The notes under the pieces were generated by a model. It ran no database searches, had not been told where the DNA came from, and saw nothing but the letters and a program-made list of their open reading frames with translations. A DNA stretch of 57,462 nucleotides, filler included, from Bipalium vagum (lineage: Eukaryota): the NCBI GenBank assembly GCA_037834085.1. It is 3 parts of 3 records of this genome, joined end to end, with 100 filler letters (N's around TTAATTAATTAA, not from the genome) between each part and the next. Parts side by side here need not be neighbours in the genome. Positions count along the whole stretch, not along the records: positions 1 to 21,429 come from JBBMKC010237786.1; positions 21,530 to 39,443 come from JBBMKC010043452.1; 1 more part is not named here. The stretch is one strand, 5' to 3'. Position numbers and translations under genes: made by a program. Shown in pieces: positions 13,601 through 26,721 of the stretch (position 1 is the stretch's first letter; every line of letters begins with the position of its first letter).

Positions 13601-16600
13601 ATTATTGGCTTTTAAATTCATATGTCGACAGAGAACACTACCAACTTGTTTTGAAACCTGATCGTCACATAAATAATCCCATCTCTGAGCGGTTTGATTG
13701 AAAAATTGTACAAACCCTTCTTCCTGGAACTTTCCTCCATATAAGCGCAGTTGAACGTTATTGTTTTCAGAGTTGACATCTCTTTTCACTCGAGCAATTG
13801 ATGGGAAACTCGTATTGAAAAGATGAGGACGCATCACAATCGGTCGATGTTGAACACCCCTGGCAATAAGTTTGCCCAATACCAAAATTCCGATATTTGG
13901 CATAAATTCCAGAGTAACACCAGCATCAATTCGAAGTTCCACTCCTGGAAGAACTGTTAGATCGGACTGTACAACATAAGGCTGGGGTCTGTTCTGGAGA
14001 AATAGATTCCTATGAATTCGTCCACCCAAATGATAATTCAAATCGATTTCCATAGATGGGATCGATCCCACGTAAACCTGATATGTTTGCGAATCGCTTT
14101 CCAACAAAAATCGATCGAAAATGACATTGGCAAAATTGTTCCAATTTTTAGCATCGAAAATCAAATTTCGAATAACATTCACATTCGTGGAACCCCAAAA
14201 ATTCTCTCTTGCGTCAAAATAATTCTCTAGCTTATTCGTGATCATTCCTGCTACTAATTCATATTTGAATTGGTTTTTATTGTCAAATATATTTCTTATC
14301 ACCGTAACGTTTTGATTACCGAACACCCCTACGGTATAACAATTGATTTCGTTATCAAATGAAAAACTTTTCAGAGAGCATCTATTGTTCACGATATTGT
14401 TATAACCAATATATCCAATGACGGGATTGGCCATTTCTGTCTGACTATAACTATCAACTTCTATGATGAATTTGCAATTTTGATTGTTCTGTATGGTATT
14501 GTGTGAAATGTTGACAAGTTTCTCCATTCCTTGCAGAGACAACAGACCCTGTTTGATGCAATTATTGTTCATGAATCTATTGTTGACAATGTTCAATTTA
14601 AGAAAATATCCATCGACAATGGCTTGGAAATTGGTATTATCGACCAAATAATTGTTCAGGAAATCGATGGAATGGTCAATATTGGGAAGATAGCGCCAGT
14701 CAAATCGTGTACTGACAAAAGGCATCTGGATGTGAATTTTGGCTCCGTGATTCGACTGAAACCTGTTATTTCTCATCCAATATTGCCAGACATTGTTGGA
14801 AAATGGAACGTGATTGTGCTCGGCCACAAAAATGTTACCATTGGAAGAGAAGATACAATTGTCAATGGTATAATAAATTCTACATATACGAGCGGTCGAT
14901 TCAATATCAAGATTGTCTCCGTATGTGGGAAAATAAAAATCGCTGGCAAACGAAGACACACTCGGGATGTGTAAAGCATTTTGAGAATTGTTGTGAAACA
15001 GAACGTTAAGGATTTGCAAATTCAATCTGCTTTGGCGTGGCGAGTAACTTCGATTCTGACTATCTGTAGCTGTGTTATAATGAGTTATTGTCATTCCAAC
15101 AGTGTTTTGGGAAATATTGGAATTAGTGATGGACAAAGTGGTGGGAAAGTAATACATCATACCATTTGCAGTAGTGGTATTTCGGGCTAATTTGTTGGTG
15201 GTCCACAGTTCAGTAAAAGATTGGGCTTGTACAATAAAAGACAGCCGTCCACTTCTTGTTCCATTAAGAATAAAACGTATAGTTAAATAACGATTGTTCG
15301 AAAGAACAGGAAAACGAGTTAAATCATTGGGTATCATCCATGTAATGCTTGATCCTAGATTTGGATTTCTTAACTGATCAACAACGATATGATATGGGTT
15401 ATCGAAAATGGTAACATTTTCCACAGAAAAATCTGGATTAAAATCGATAATAGTCATAAGCAATTGTTGTTGATTATTGATGTCTGACCCCTTTAATTCA
15501 ATCCAATATGTGGTCTGTAAAGGGATTATCATTTGAATATGATAATACTTCTAGTTCTAACCTGTTCTGGTTCATATCCAACCGACATGAATAGGACCTC
15601 TATACCCGTTGGATGGATTGACAGATAATTCACAGTTCCAGCTACCGGAGAGAGCATATTTAATGTTTTCAGCATAGAGTTTCTTAAATCGAATAACTCT
15701 TCTTCCGAAAATCTTGGATCGAATTTAAAACCTGACAGCTTGTTACCAATAAAATAACATTGATTAAATTCGATCCACGGTGTCTTGGTAATAAGTCCAG
15801 AACCTAAATTATTTTTGGATACGATATTTGTCATTTTATTGAAACTCAGCATGTCATTATGCCCAATTGAGAGCCCATCCGAAAGACTTGATGATATCTA
15901 AGTAACATGAAAGCTATTGAAAACATAATATATTGATAAAAATCGTACTAATAAATCCTGAATAACATGCTTGTTAAAATCTACTTGCACAGCTGGTTTG
16001 AACTCATTGACGTAATAATCTAATAGACCAGCTTCTTCCACAATTAATTTTGACAATGTTGATTGCTCATTAGTAAGACTGATTCTCAGTCCAGCCCAAC
16101 CTGGTTTGTGACACCTGACATTGACAATACCCACTGAACACGTGTGTTCGGAAGGATTGTCGAATTCACACTGATCGAATCTTGTCATCCAACTTTGACA
16201 ACGCACAGCTGACATTAAAACTGTGTCGTTAAAAACATTTCCAATTTTATTGGATTGAGATATTTCCCAATCCTAAAACGAGAATTATAAAATAAAATTA
16301 TAATGCATCTAATTATAATTAGTAAACTAATCTTGAAAACAATCTATTGAAAGGGTCTTTACATTTAGCGAATATTTCAAGTTGTCAGAAGAAAATAATG
16401 AATGATTTGTTTTAATTTGATATGGTTTTTTGAATTTTTTATGATTTTAATAAATTAAGGTGGGGCAACCAGTAAAATATATGTGTAATATATAATTTTA
16501 TAAATAATTCTTAGATAAATAATAAAATCAATGAAAATAAAAAATAGTGTGATAAAATTGTTATAATGTAATTTACAAATAGCTATAAAGTACTCTATAC

Positions 16601-19600
16601 CATTGGATGGGCCACAAATCCCAATTCTGCACAGGCTATTCGTGCTGATATTAAATCGAAGTTGTTGTCACAGATCACACCCCATTGTCCATTGAATTTA
16701 ACTCGTAAAATTCCCTGGTGAGATTGTCTATCTTCTCTATATAGAGTTGAGTTAATGAGTGTCAAATTGACTCCACTAGAATCAATTTGAGACTGACTGA
16801 TGATTTGCAGCGATGGTCCTTTCGAATTTATAACACCCTCATTCTTCATAAACATTTTTATGTTCCTATCACTTGTACCAAGTCTAAGTAAAGAGCCCTA
16901 AAACCGTTTTCAGGTAAATAATGAAATCATTGAAATTGAAAAATAAAATATTTTACTTGAACAAATAAGCCCAGCGAATTCTCAAACTCCAATTGTACAC
17001 CTGCTTCAATTGTGAGAACTGCTCCTTGAGGCACAAAGATATCCCTAGTAACTCGATAAGGTAAACTATTGTATTCCAGAGTGACTTTTTGCTCCAATTT
17101 CAAATCAATACTGCCTCCAACTTCTAAACTATTTCCATCTCGGAATTTATGACGATATTGAGGATCAGTATCGGAAAAAATATTGGATTCCAACACAGGT
17201 TCTTTCAAAACAGGAAAATACTCAATTTTAGCCAAAGAATATCGAGAATGATGATCGAAAATTCTTTTGAAAATGAAGGCGTGAATTTGTTCCCATCTTG
17301 CGTTGTTGAAGTCTTTAATTGTTCCCCAAAAGTTTTTCGTTGCATTAATGATTTGATTTGCATCAACCATTTGAGTAGAAATCTCAAATTCTGAATTGGG
17401 ATTTTTTATTAAATTTCTGGTGAAAATCACATTGGAACTGCCAATGCCTATCACTGATGATGTATGACTTCTGGGGTTCAGGCGACGCTGAGAGCTCTGT
17501 ATTCTATGATATAATTATGTAAATTCTATAATTCAATGGTCACCAGTCTTACGTGTTGTTAAAAAATCGATTCATAGAAACAGAGCAAATTTGACCAAGG
17601 CTGTTCGGAGACAAGCGGGCAAATAGTACAAAAGAACCAGAATTCTGATAGAAGTCATTGAAATTAATTTTGTACGATATGAGCAAATGTCGATAGATGA
17701 GTCTTTGCTCATCAAAATTTATTCCATTGTCTATGTAAATGGCACCGCCGTTTTTGTGTCCCGTAAAGGAAGAGTTGATGACATTGCCAGTCATTTGACC
17801 AACTGGGGACATGAATATCCCATGCCAATAATTGTTCTCAAAAGCACTAAATCCAACTGTAAAGTTTGTCAGTAACTAAACAATAAAACAAATAATAAAA
17901 TATTTCGAACTTTTCTTCATAATGGAAAACAAATTAATATTTCATTATTATATTATTTTTATAATAAATATATGTTTTATACGAGATATTCGACGAAGAT
18001 GATTAATATTTTATTTATTGAGTAGTCTTTTAGTGAAAACCAAATATCATAAGAAATTCAACAAGCTTAGGGTTCTTGGTCTGTTGAAAAAAATCCATTC
18101 TTTCAAAATTTGATATTGTAAACCACTGTCAAATCTACAATTTAACAAAAATTGATCTTTGGTATTGAGTGTGTTAGTCCATGATAAAATAGAAATAACA
18201 ATATCAAATTTAAATTTTATCGATTTGCATTTCGATTTTTCGTATGATTATTAGAGTTATCTAAAGAAATCAAACAGTTGTATAATTAACCAACAGAAAT
18301 AAATGTAATAATTTTTTGTTAAGAATACTATAATTAGTATTTATAATTTAAATATTTCTACATTTTTCAAATAAGAAAATTTTAGCTCTAATATATTTAG
18401 AATTATAAAGTATTTAAATAATAATATAAAAAATGATGTTTTTTCCGTTATCGAAAAACAAATAATAAGCATAAAAATAAACCTTGTTTTGATTGACAAT
18501 AGACGAAACCATCTCAATTCCATTTTTTCCATTGTTCGCAAAAGAAGAGAAATTGACAAGAATGTTCATAAAAGAGCTGGAATTGTAAAATCTTATACCA
18601 TTCCACAAATTGTCTTAAAAATCAAAATAAACACCAAAGGGACATTATCAGTCAGTACTTTCAAAACTGGACAGGAAAACAGTGTTTTCTATAGCATCAT
18701 TTCCAAATCTCGTCATGAGCCATGTAGGGTTCCAGATATCCAAACCATGTCCTTGATTATTAATAAAGTTTGATGAATTTACGATTCTTGTTCCACCCGC
18801 TAATGTTATATTGAGACCACTTCTGTCATTACTTTGAAACCTGTTCCAGATATCAATTCAATAGTGTCCAATTAATTACATATTATGATTTCAGAGCGTC
18901 AAATAAATCCCAGTTTATTTTCTTATCAAAATAAAATAAAAAATTCTCGTTTAAAATTTTGTAAAAAGAATTATACTAAAAAAAATTATTAAAATATTTT
19001 ATGAATTTTTCAGATTAGTCAAAAAGAATAAAAATACTTGATTTATTTGTTCTGATTAAAAAGAAAATAAAATATTTACAAGCATTTATGGACCAATATA
19101 TCTGCTGAGCCATTAACAATTGCTAATCCTGCTCCATACTGATTGTTAGTGAAATTAGAATTCAATACCTGGGCATAGAGACCGAGGTTTTCGATTCGAA
19201 GCCCATGTTGCACATTTGAATCAAACAAAGAATGTGTTATGACAACTTCTGGGTTCGTATCTAAAAAAGTGAGAGTTTACAGAGACTGTCTGATATCATA
19301 AAAACGATTCATTTTAATAATCACTTTATTAAATATACTTTGGAAGGGCATACAGACTCAATCAGAAATGATCATTGTGTTCTTTTCACTATTTTTACTT
19401 TTGGGTGATGAAGTATTTATTGAGAGACTTTTATTTAGAGATTTAATTTGGTGTTATTTCCATAGTGATGAATTCGGCTGGTGTTGTTATTTCCAAATAA
19501 TCCCTTTGTCTCAGAAATCTTTGAAATGGTTTTACAAACAAGGGTTTTTTTATCGATCACAAAGAAAAATAAGAATTTTGAGAAAAAAAAATTCCTTTTA

Positions 19601-20872
19601 CTGGTAATTTTTTTCTTTTGCCTGATCATATCAACCTTATCATCTGTCCTAAAACTATTTTTAAGGTGGAAACAGTAGCAAATTTGGTTGAATTTCATAA
19701 CATTTAAAGTAAAAATTTAAAAACTATGATTTATATTTTATTTTATCTGTAGAATTATCTATCTAACATAACACAGAACTACTCTACGACCACCATTTTG
19801 GAAAATTGGATTCCTTTGAATCATTGTCTCATAAAATTAGAAAGAATTATACAACATAAAATAATAGAAATGAGTTATTATTAATAGTAATTATTATTAA
19901 TAATAGTATGAAAAAATATTCTTGAGCTTTAAAACAAATCTTGATAAGTGTCATAATTTTATTTAAGTTAAGTTAAATTAGTAAAATAAATATTAAAATA
20001 TAAATTTATTACCATAAGAATATAAAATAGAAAATTTTCATTGAAAACCAGAATAACTTTATTTATTTATTATATATAATTATATATAATATTATGTATC
20101 ATATTAAAAAGAAAAATAAGTAAAATTAATTTTGAAAATAATGTCAATTTTAAAATTAGTTTTATCCAAAGATTTAATTTTATCCAGTTTTTCTTAAAGG
20201 GGTACCTGCATATTTTATTGTAAAATTAAAAATAAATTAAAATGCCTAAAAGTCATCAAGTTCTACCATGTATAAGTCCATGTATAAAGTAATGCGAACG
20301 ATTGACGTTTGATGATGCCAGTGACGACAAGATTAGAAACCCCGGTACTTGATTATTTAATTTTTTAATCTTTAATAAAATAACAGGAGTTTGGTGTTTA
20401 AAGAATATACTAAATCTAATAAAAAATAAGGAAGAAATTAAAACCGGGTTTAGATTTATATGATATGAATTTATTATATTAAAACTGGCAATTATATTTA
20501 AATAACGCATTGTGCATTTTCATAATAAAAAAGTTAAAATAGAAATATACTTGTGTTAACTGAAATCTGCAGAATTCCTCTAAAGCATTTATGAAGAGAT
20601 GAACATTTAGATTGAGTAGGGTCTTTCTTCCAGTGATATCTGACCATAATACTTCCCGAAACAGACGAAACTCCTTGATAAAGTGGACCGTAATAAACTC
20701 GATTCATATTCGAATATATTGATTGAGTATTTGAGTTCGTAAAATTCCAAATTGCAAGAGTTCTTTTAGTCGACTGGTCAATAATATAAATAACAGCCTC
20801 CGCTGTTGGGTCCCTTATAGCTTCTAATAATTTAATTGAAATGACCTGATTCGGTTTATCTGTTGAAATTGG
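4041..20872 (-). CDS. bark: Protein bark beetle/anakonda-like type I membrane protein (SRCR, CUB-like and beta-helix repeats, C-type lectin-like domain, TM); 5'-partial, 17 exons
   Basis: Exons: 20551-20872, 19080-19260, 18659-18840, 18483-18613, 17553-17875, 16957-17503, 16601-16897, 15949-16272, 15562-15897, 12232-15514, 10670-11009, 9985-10210, 7908-8055, 7661-7861, 7217-7617, 6810-7163, 4041-4217. All introns are GT-AG with matching phases; total 7773 nt (2590 aa plus stop). SRCR domains: GQWGVICDNNFD...ACAELG and LRLYGG...WDYLCD. Repeated NATKNFWG/DARENFWG/ATNNWWG and PYxVxxD motifs. CPPTWKFYDKNCY lectin-like start, TM ILIAIIILTIIFIIVIVMCFALW, C-terminus ESEI*. Confidence 0.9.
4775..4983. 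mobile_element. Tc1/mariner-derived MITE (about 209 bp) in the last bark intron
   Basis: About 40-bp imperfect TIRs (CATGGTATTTCATAAATATGTATACACGTTT / AAACGTGTAAAGATATGTATGAAACACCCTG), with TA on both flanks. Confidence 0.8.
5460..6660 (+). mobile_element. Degenerate rosa/DD41D-like Tc1/mariner transposase
   Basis: Frameshifted ORFs 5588..6136, 5851..6147 and 6258..6506 contain the HTH region, DLELKPYKIQLTQ, IIFSDEA, HPQRVAVWC and WSPSSCNLTTLDYFLSGYVK. Confidence 0.85.
8620..9590 (-). mobile_element. Degenerate Tc1 (DD34E) transposase in a bark intron
   Basis: PWPGNAPDLNPIKNVW (ORF 8748..8993), MVWG (9003..9197) and upstream RGRP and FSGTN/DE-like segments. Confidence 0.75.
10590..10650. 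repeat. (ATT)n microsatellite
   Basis: Perfect TTA repeat run. Confidence 0.95.
12232..15514 (-). CDS. bark: 3283-nt internal exon of the bark-like gene (beta-helix repeats, SRCR, CUB-like region)
   Basis: ORF 12167..15532, trimmed to acceptor TTTACAG| (15515) and donor G|GTGAGA (12231). Confidence 0.9.
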
Positions 20873-21429
20873 CTAAAATTTTCATTAACCTTATAAAATG
20901 TAATGGATCAAAAAATTAATCAAGATGAACATATTTCCTTTTAAAAAGTTTTTAATCATTTCAATAATAATGGACATTTTAAATGTGTACAGAATTTTTG
21001 GTAAATTTCAAAAAACCACAAAAATTAATTTGGTAAATTTTATTATTCAAAAAACTTAGTTGATGGAAAAATTATAAAGCATTTTCAGCTCGAACTTTTT
21101 CAAAGAAAACCTTTATAATCAAAATAATTACATTTCAATTCAACACATTTTTCCTAAAGTTAAACAGTTTTTATATTATGACCGGACTAAAGAAAGATTG
21201 TATTTATAATCTTATCACGATTCAGGAAGACCCAATCTTTCAAAGAGCTTTTTTGTAAGAACTTTTTCAACTTTTTGAAAACTCTGCTGGTATAATGTTG
21301 TAAGAATATCAAGATTAAGGGAGAGTTTAAAAACATACACTGTTGGTATATTTTTAAATAATATAATAAATAATAGTATTTATAATTATTTATAAATAAA
21401 TTTTCATCCTCAACATATATTATTTATTA

Positions 21430-21529
21430 NNNNNNNNNNNNNNNNNNNNNNNNNNNNNNNNNNNNNNNNNNNNTTAATTAATTAANNNNNNNNNNNNNNN
21501 NNNNNNNNNNNNNNNNNNNNNNNNNNNNN
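21430..21529. other. Artificial contig linker N44-TTAATTAATTAA-N44
   Basis: Exactly 100 bp. The central 12-mer puts stops in all six frames, and the same structure recurs at 39444. Confidence 0.9.
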
Positions 21530-23211
21530 ATTATGATTAATACCGTAAAATATTGTAAAATAATAAAAAAAATATTATAATTTTCTTTTGAAGAAGAAAA
21601 GATTATAATAATGAGAAAAAGTATAAATAATTAAGTCTAGTCTATTTTTCAGACGTGATGAGTCAATAATTAATCACATTTTTCAAGTTAATCCATTAAA
21701 ACAATTAAATCTTAAAATACATAAAAAACTGTGTGCAGGCATTTTAATAATATTATCCACAGATAAATATTGATATCTGAAATTTGTGTATCGAAATTTG
21801 ATGAGATATTCTCTTTAGTCAAACAGGGTTACAATTCTTTAGTGTGAAATCAAGTAAAATAATTAATTAAAAAATTAATGATGATAGTAATACTATAGTG
21901 ATTTGTCATTTAAATGTCTCTGAACATTTTTTAATACGGAAAATGCAGTATGTGAATAAATAATAATAAATTAAAAAATAATAATAACAATAAAAAAATA
22001 TAATAAAAATAAAAATAATAATTATTATTAAACAATAAAAATATAATACTAATAAAAATAGTAAAAAAACAATAATAATATTATTAATAAAAATAAATAT
22101 TTATAAATATTAGTAAAAAAAATTATTTAAATAATTTTTTCGCTTAAAAAATGATGAAAAAAGATGAAAAATAATTTCATGAAGTATGTGGAAAATGAGC
22201 ATCAAATACATAATAAATGATTATTATTTATCATTTGTCAAACCCGGAAGACAAGCAATGGAAGAATCTCGAAAGTATAACTGTTTGCAATGAATATTTG
22301 GACTTTCATCTCAGAACACGCCCAGAGGAACCGACTCTGGAAAATTCTAATACTGAAAATTCACAGAAATTCCTTATTGAAAACTGACAATTTACCAAGT
22401 CCCAGATGACGAAGTCGGGGCCAGAAAATGTTTCATATAATACTTTTCAGCCCTTGGTTAAGCTCTTTTCGTCGGTTTTGGTTTTCTTTTCAAAACTGGA
22501 TATTTTTTGAATTAATTAAAAATAAATTAAAATTAATTAGAATTAATAAATATTATTTATATTACTTTTAAATTGATTTTTCTTGCGCATTCCACGAACG
22601 GTGAATATTAATTAATTAATTTAACATTCTTCAATGAAAATAAGATACAGATGATGATAACCATTGTCATGGAATTATTTATTTTTGTTTATTTTATTTT
22701 TATTTACTCAATCTTAAATTTCTGAAAACGTAAATAAACAAAAATTATTCCATTGAAGCGACGTTTCAGAGCAAAAATGAATGACGAGTATGAGAAAATC
22801 TTTCTTTTTGTCCAATCTCTTAATTAATTATTAAATGATAATTTTATTTGTAAATTAAAATAAAAAGACAAAGAAGAGAAATTTAAATAATAAACGTTTT
22901 TTTAATTTTTATTAATAAAATTAAAGATAAAATCAATTAACATTTTCATCAATTATCAAAGAGATAATTAGAGAGCGAGAAATGATGATAATTAATAATT
23001 AGAGCCTTTTATTTATGGAAATATTACTATATTATTTTCATAATGACAACGATGGAAATATCAGAACAATTTCAATCTTAAAGATCTTGATGATAACATG
23101 AGAATATTCGGTTTTTCTATTAAAAGGGGAACATTAAATTGTTTTAAGTACATAATAGTAAAATAATAATGAAGAAATTATAATTGTGATAAAATTAAAA
23201 GGTTATTACAA

Positions 23212-23359
23212 NNNNNNNNNNNNNNNNNNNNNNNNNNNNNNNNNNNNNNNNNNNNNNNNNNNNNNNNNNNNNNNNNNNNNNNNNNNNNNNNNNNNNNNNN
23301 NNNNNNNNNNNNNNNNNNNNNNNNNNNNNNNNNNNNNNNNNNNNNNNNNNNNNNNNNNN
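23212..23359. other. Assembly gap (N run)
   Basis: Run of N. Confidence 0.99.
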
Positions 23360-24826
23360 AATTATTTATTATTATAATTATTATTAATATCAATATTTTT
23401 GGTATATAACCGTTCACTTACATAACAAAGCACTTCACAACCTAATGTTGTAATGAGGAGCGAAGGAAATTAACGAAGTGACTGTGGAAATATTACCGAC
23501 CGATTTAATTGGAAATTTCGAGAATGAAGTAAGCAGACACCAGGTCCGCGCTAAGCGAGAATGAAGCGATATTCGAGCAAGATGCAGGCGAGAACTGTGC
23601 ATGCCAAATATTTGTTTACCAACTTTTCACTGGTTCTGTGCTGCTTGCCAAATGTGCATCTTCACTGTGTATTTTTCAACAAATTCTACGACAAACGTGA
23701 CGAATAAAAGCGGAATTTTCTCGTCAGATTTTTGTGTCGTCCTGAACCAAGTTTTATCTCGACAAAATCGATTTTTCATTGATTTTTCTTTGATTTGAAT
23801 ATTCTAATGTAAGTCTGATTTTTGATTTGATTTGATTTCTATTTAACATTGATTATTTTCTTTTATTATTAATTATTATTGCACAGTAATAATAATAATT
23901 AATAATCGCTTTTTGCTTATTAAAATATAAAATATTTATGACTTCAAAGTCTTTTAAGATAATTCAACGTACTGTTGTATTTAGAATTTTATTAATTATA
24001 GTTAATAATAATTATTATAATATTTATCTTTAGAAATCCCTTTTTTCAAGGATTAGTTAAATAAAAAATATAATTATAAATATTAATTTGAAAAATAATA
24101 ATATTTATTTTAAATAATCATTCTTTTATTAAAATAAAAAATCTGCGACTATTGCTAAAGATTAAAATGTTAAGAGATCATTTATTAATAAATATTAATT
24201 AAATATTACCTTTATAATTAATGTTGAACGGCAATATTAATTTTAATTTTTATTTTTAAAAAAATATTTATTATTAAAAAATATTATCCATAAAATTATT
24301 ATCAAAATGTTACAAAGTTAGCAAAATAAACAAGATTTTCCTGAAAAATTAATTAATTTCATTTGTCCATTATTATTTATGTAAACATTATTATTATAAA
24401 TATTATTTTGTTTAAATCGAAAGAAATAATGTGAAAAAATTCTTCTTCTTTAGAAAAAAAATTTCGAAAAATTTTGTAATATTATATTTATATCACAAAA
24501 ACGTTTTCATTTTGCGGAGACTTTGCATTTTTATTTTTTATTTCAACGAATTTAATATTTTCCAAGAAATAATCCTACCCTAATTACAGAGCTTCACCAT
24601 TACGAGAATTATTAACTATTATCTTTTTGTGAATATTCTTCTTAATTATTATAACAAAAAATAGGGCACAGAAAATAGAAAGATATTTGTAAAAAGGAAT
24701 TATTTTGTTTAAAAAATAATTGAGCAGGAATATCATGTAAAAAAAAGAGAAAATGATGTTTTTAATAATAACTATTAATATATATCCAAAGAAAGTATAT
24801 TGTAAAATTTTATAATAAATAATCAT

Positions 24827-25290
24827 ATTAAGTTACAAACTAAAGTCGCGACCCTCGAAAATTCTTTAAAAAAATATTTATTAAAAAATAACAAACAACA
24901 AATTTTAATCGAAGTAATCACCATTGGGGTCAATAATGTTTTGCCATATTTGTGGCAGTTTTTCAATACTTTGGCAGTAGAATTCGGTCGGCTTTGAATC
25001 AAAATATGAGGAAAGGCGAATTTTGATTTCGTTGATATTGGCGAAGTGCTTTCCAGACAGAGAATGTACTAGCGACCAGAATAAGTAATAGTCACGTGGA
25101 AAACATCTGGGCTATACGCTGGGTAAATGAGACGTTCCCAGCTCAATTCCTTGATTCTTTCAAGCGTTCGAAGTACTACATAGTTCTGTTGTAAGATTAC
25201 GCTTCTTCTGAAGAGCTTGCGCCAAAAGTTTGGTGTAATTTGGCATGCACTTGCTCCAGTTGTTTTGAATAGACTTCATTATGTTATTAA
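24827..25290 (-). mobile_element. mariner 3' fragment
   Basis: ELSWERLIYPAYSPDV and KKLPQIWQNIIDPNGDYFD* are typical of mariner C-termini. TIR-like TATTAAGTTACAAACTAAAG near 24827. Confidence 0.75.
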
Positions 25291-26721
25291 TATCCTAAAT
25301 TGTTAGAAAATTATTGTACGGAAAAGTATCTAAAAAATTTTTTCTAATAAAAAAAAGTTAATTAGAATTAAATAATTAATTATTCATTTCTTTTATAAAA
25401 TTTCTCATGTATTAATTAATTAATTTATTTTAATTCAGTAATTTTTACCAATGAAAGTAAATTAATGAAAATCTTTAATAAAAATGTCGGATAAAATTTT
25501 GAAAATAATTTTCTCAAATGTTTTAATTTTATTTTTTCTAATATTTTTTAGAAAAATTTAAGCTTCACACCAATCATTAATTTAAATATTGACTTTTAAT
25601 GTTTTATGTTCGTGTGTTTGTATAATACCGCCTCGTAATATATATTTAAAAAGTTATAATCGATATTTACTCCACCCTTTTAACCTAAGGGGTTAGAAAG
25701 GATGATCCTAATTATTATAAAATTATTATTAAGTAAAAGAAAAATCAATAAATATAAAGAAAAATTAGTTTAAATAATATATGAAATTTAATTCTGATTA
25801 GTTTTTTTTCAATTTTTTCAAAAATATTATTATTTCACAATTTTTATTAATTTTTTTATTATTAAATAAATGTTTGTGATTAAAATTATACTACATATAA
25901 TAATATTTTTTAAAATTTGTATCCATTATTTTATATATTTTGTTTAAAATAATAAAAAGAAAAGAAAATTTATGCTGGGAAAAATGTCAATATTAAAAAA
26001 TAATAAATAAAAAGAGGAATTAAAAAAAATCAAATAATAGATAAAAAAGACTAAAATAATCAATTATTAAAATATTAATTAATTTATTTTTATTTTTAAT
26101 AAATTTTTAGTTTTTCTGTTTTTAGTTAAATAACCTTGGTAACAAAATTTGCCTATCACAAATAACACAAAAGTGATAAAAAATAATTTAATAAAATAAA
26201 ATAAAGATCTTTAGAAGAGTAAAGGTTCATTACACTTAAGAATTTTATTTTTTATTAATTTTTATTACAACTCTGCACAACAACATTGATAAAGTGATCG
26301 GTTTTGGAGTGGCACGGAAGATCAATATTATACAAAACGTAGGGACGAGAATAAAAAAACTGAAGATCCCCCCTAAAAATCTGTCAGCAAAAGCGCTTTC
26401 AATCACATTTTTCATTGATTAAACGCTCCACCTTTCAATCAGTTTTCTCTCTGTTTTGGTTTGACTCCAAAAGGGAAGCCAGGTTTGCAGGAAACGTCTT
26501 ATTCTTGGCCATGAATATACTTTTCATATTTATATAATATTTACAGTTGAATAAAATAAATATTTTGCAACACAACAAATATTTCCTTCAATTACTCGGT
26601 TTTCTTTCAGTCATATTAAAACAAAGATTTTATATAATTACAGTCTTCAATGTAATTTTATAATATATTATAATGATTATAATGTTAAAATATAATTCAA
26701 TTTTAACAAATCCTCTTCAGA

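Noticed and set aside
13052-15190. Several plus-strand ORFs
   Set aside because: They are antisense shadows of the large bark exon.
20194-20215. Kolobok-like terminus TTAAAGGGGTACC
   Set aside because: No matching second terminus was found.
22240-22495. Possible upstream bark exon (RNFCEFSVL-like reading)
   Set aside because: All minus-strand frames have stops, and the segment lies across the artificial linker.
26200-26560. Heat-shock elements upstream of the sHSP gene
   Set aside because: No clean array of three alternating nGAAn units was found by eye.
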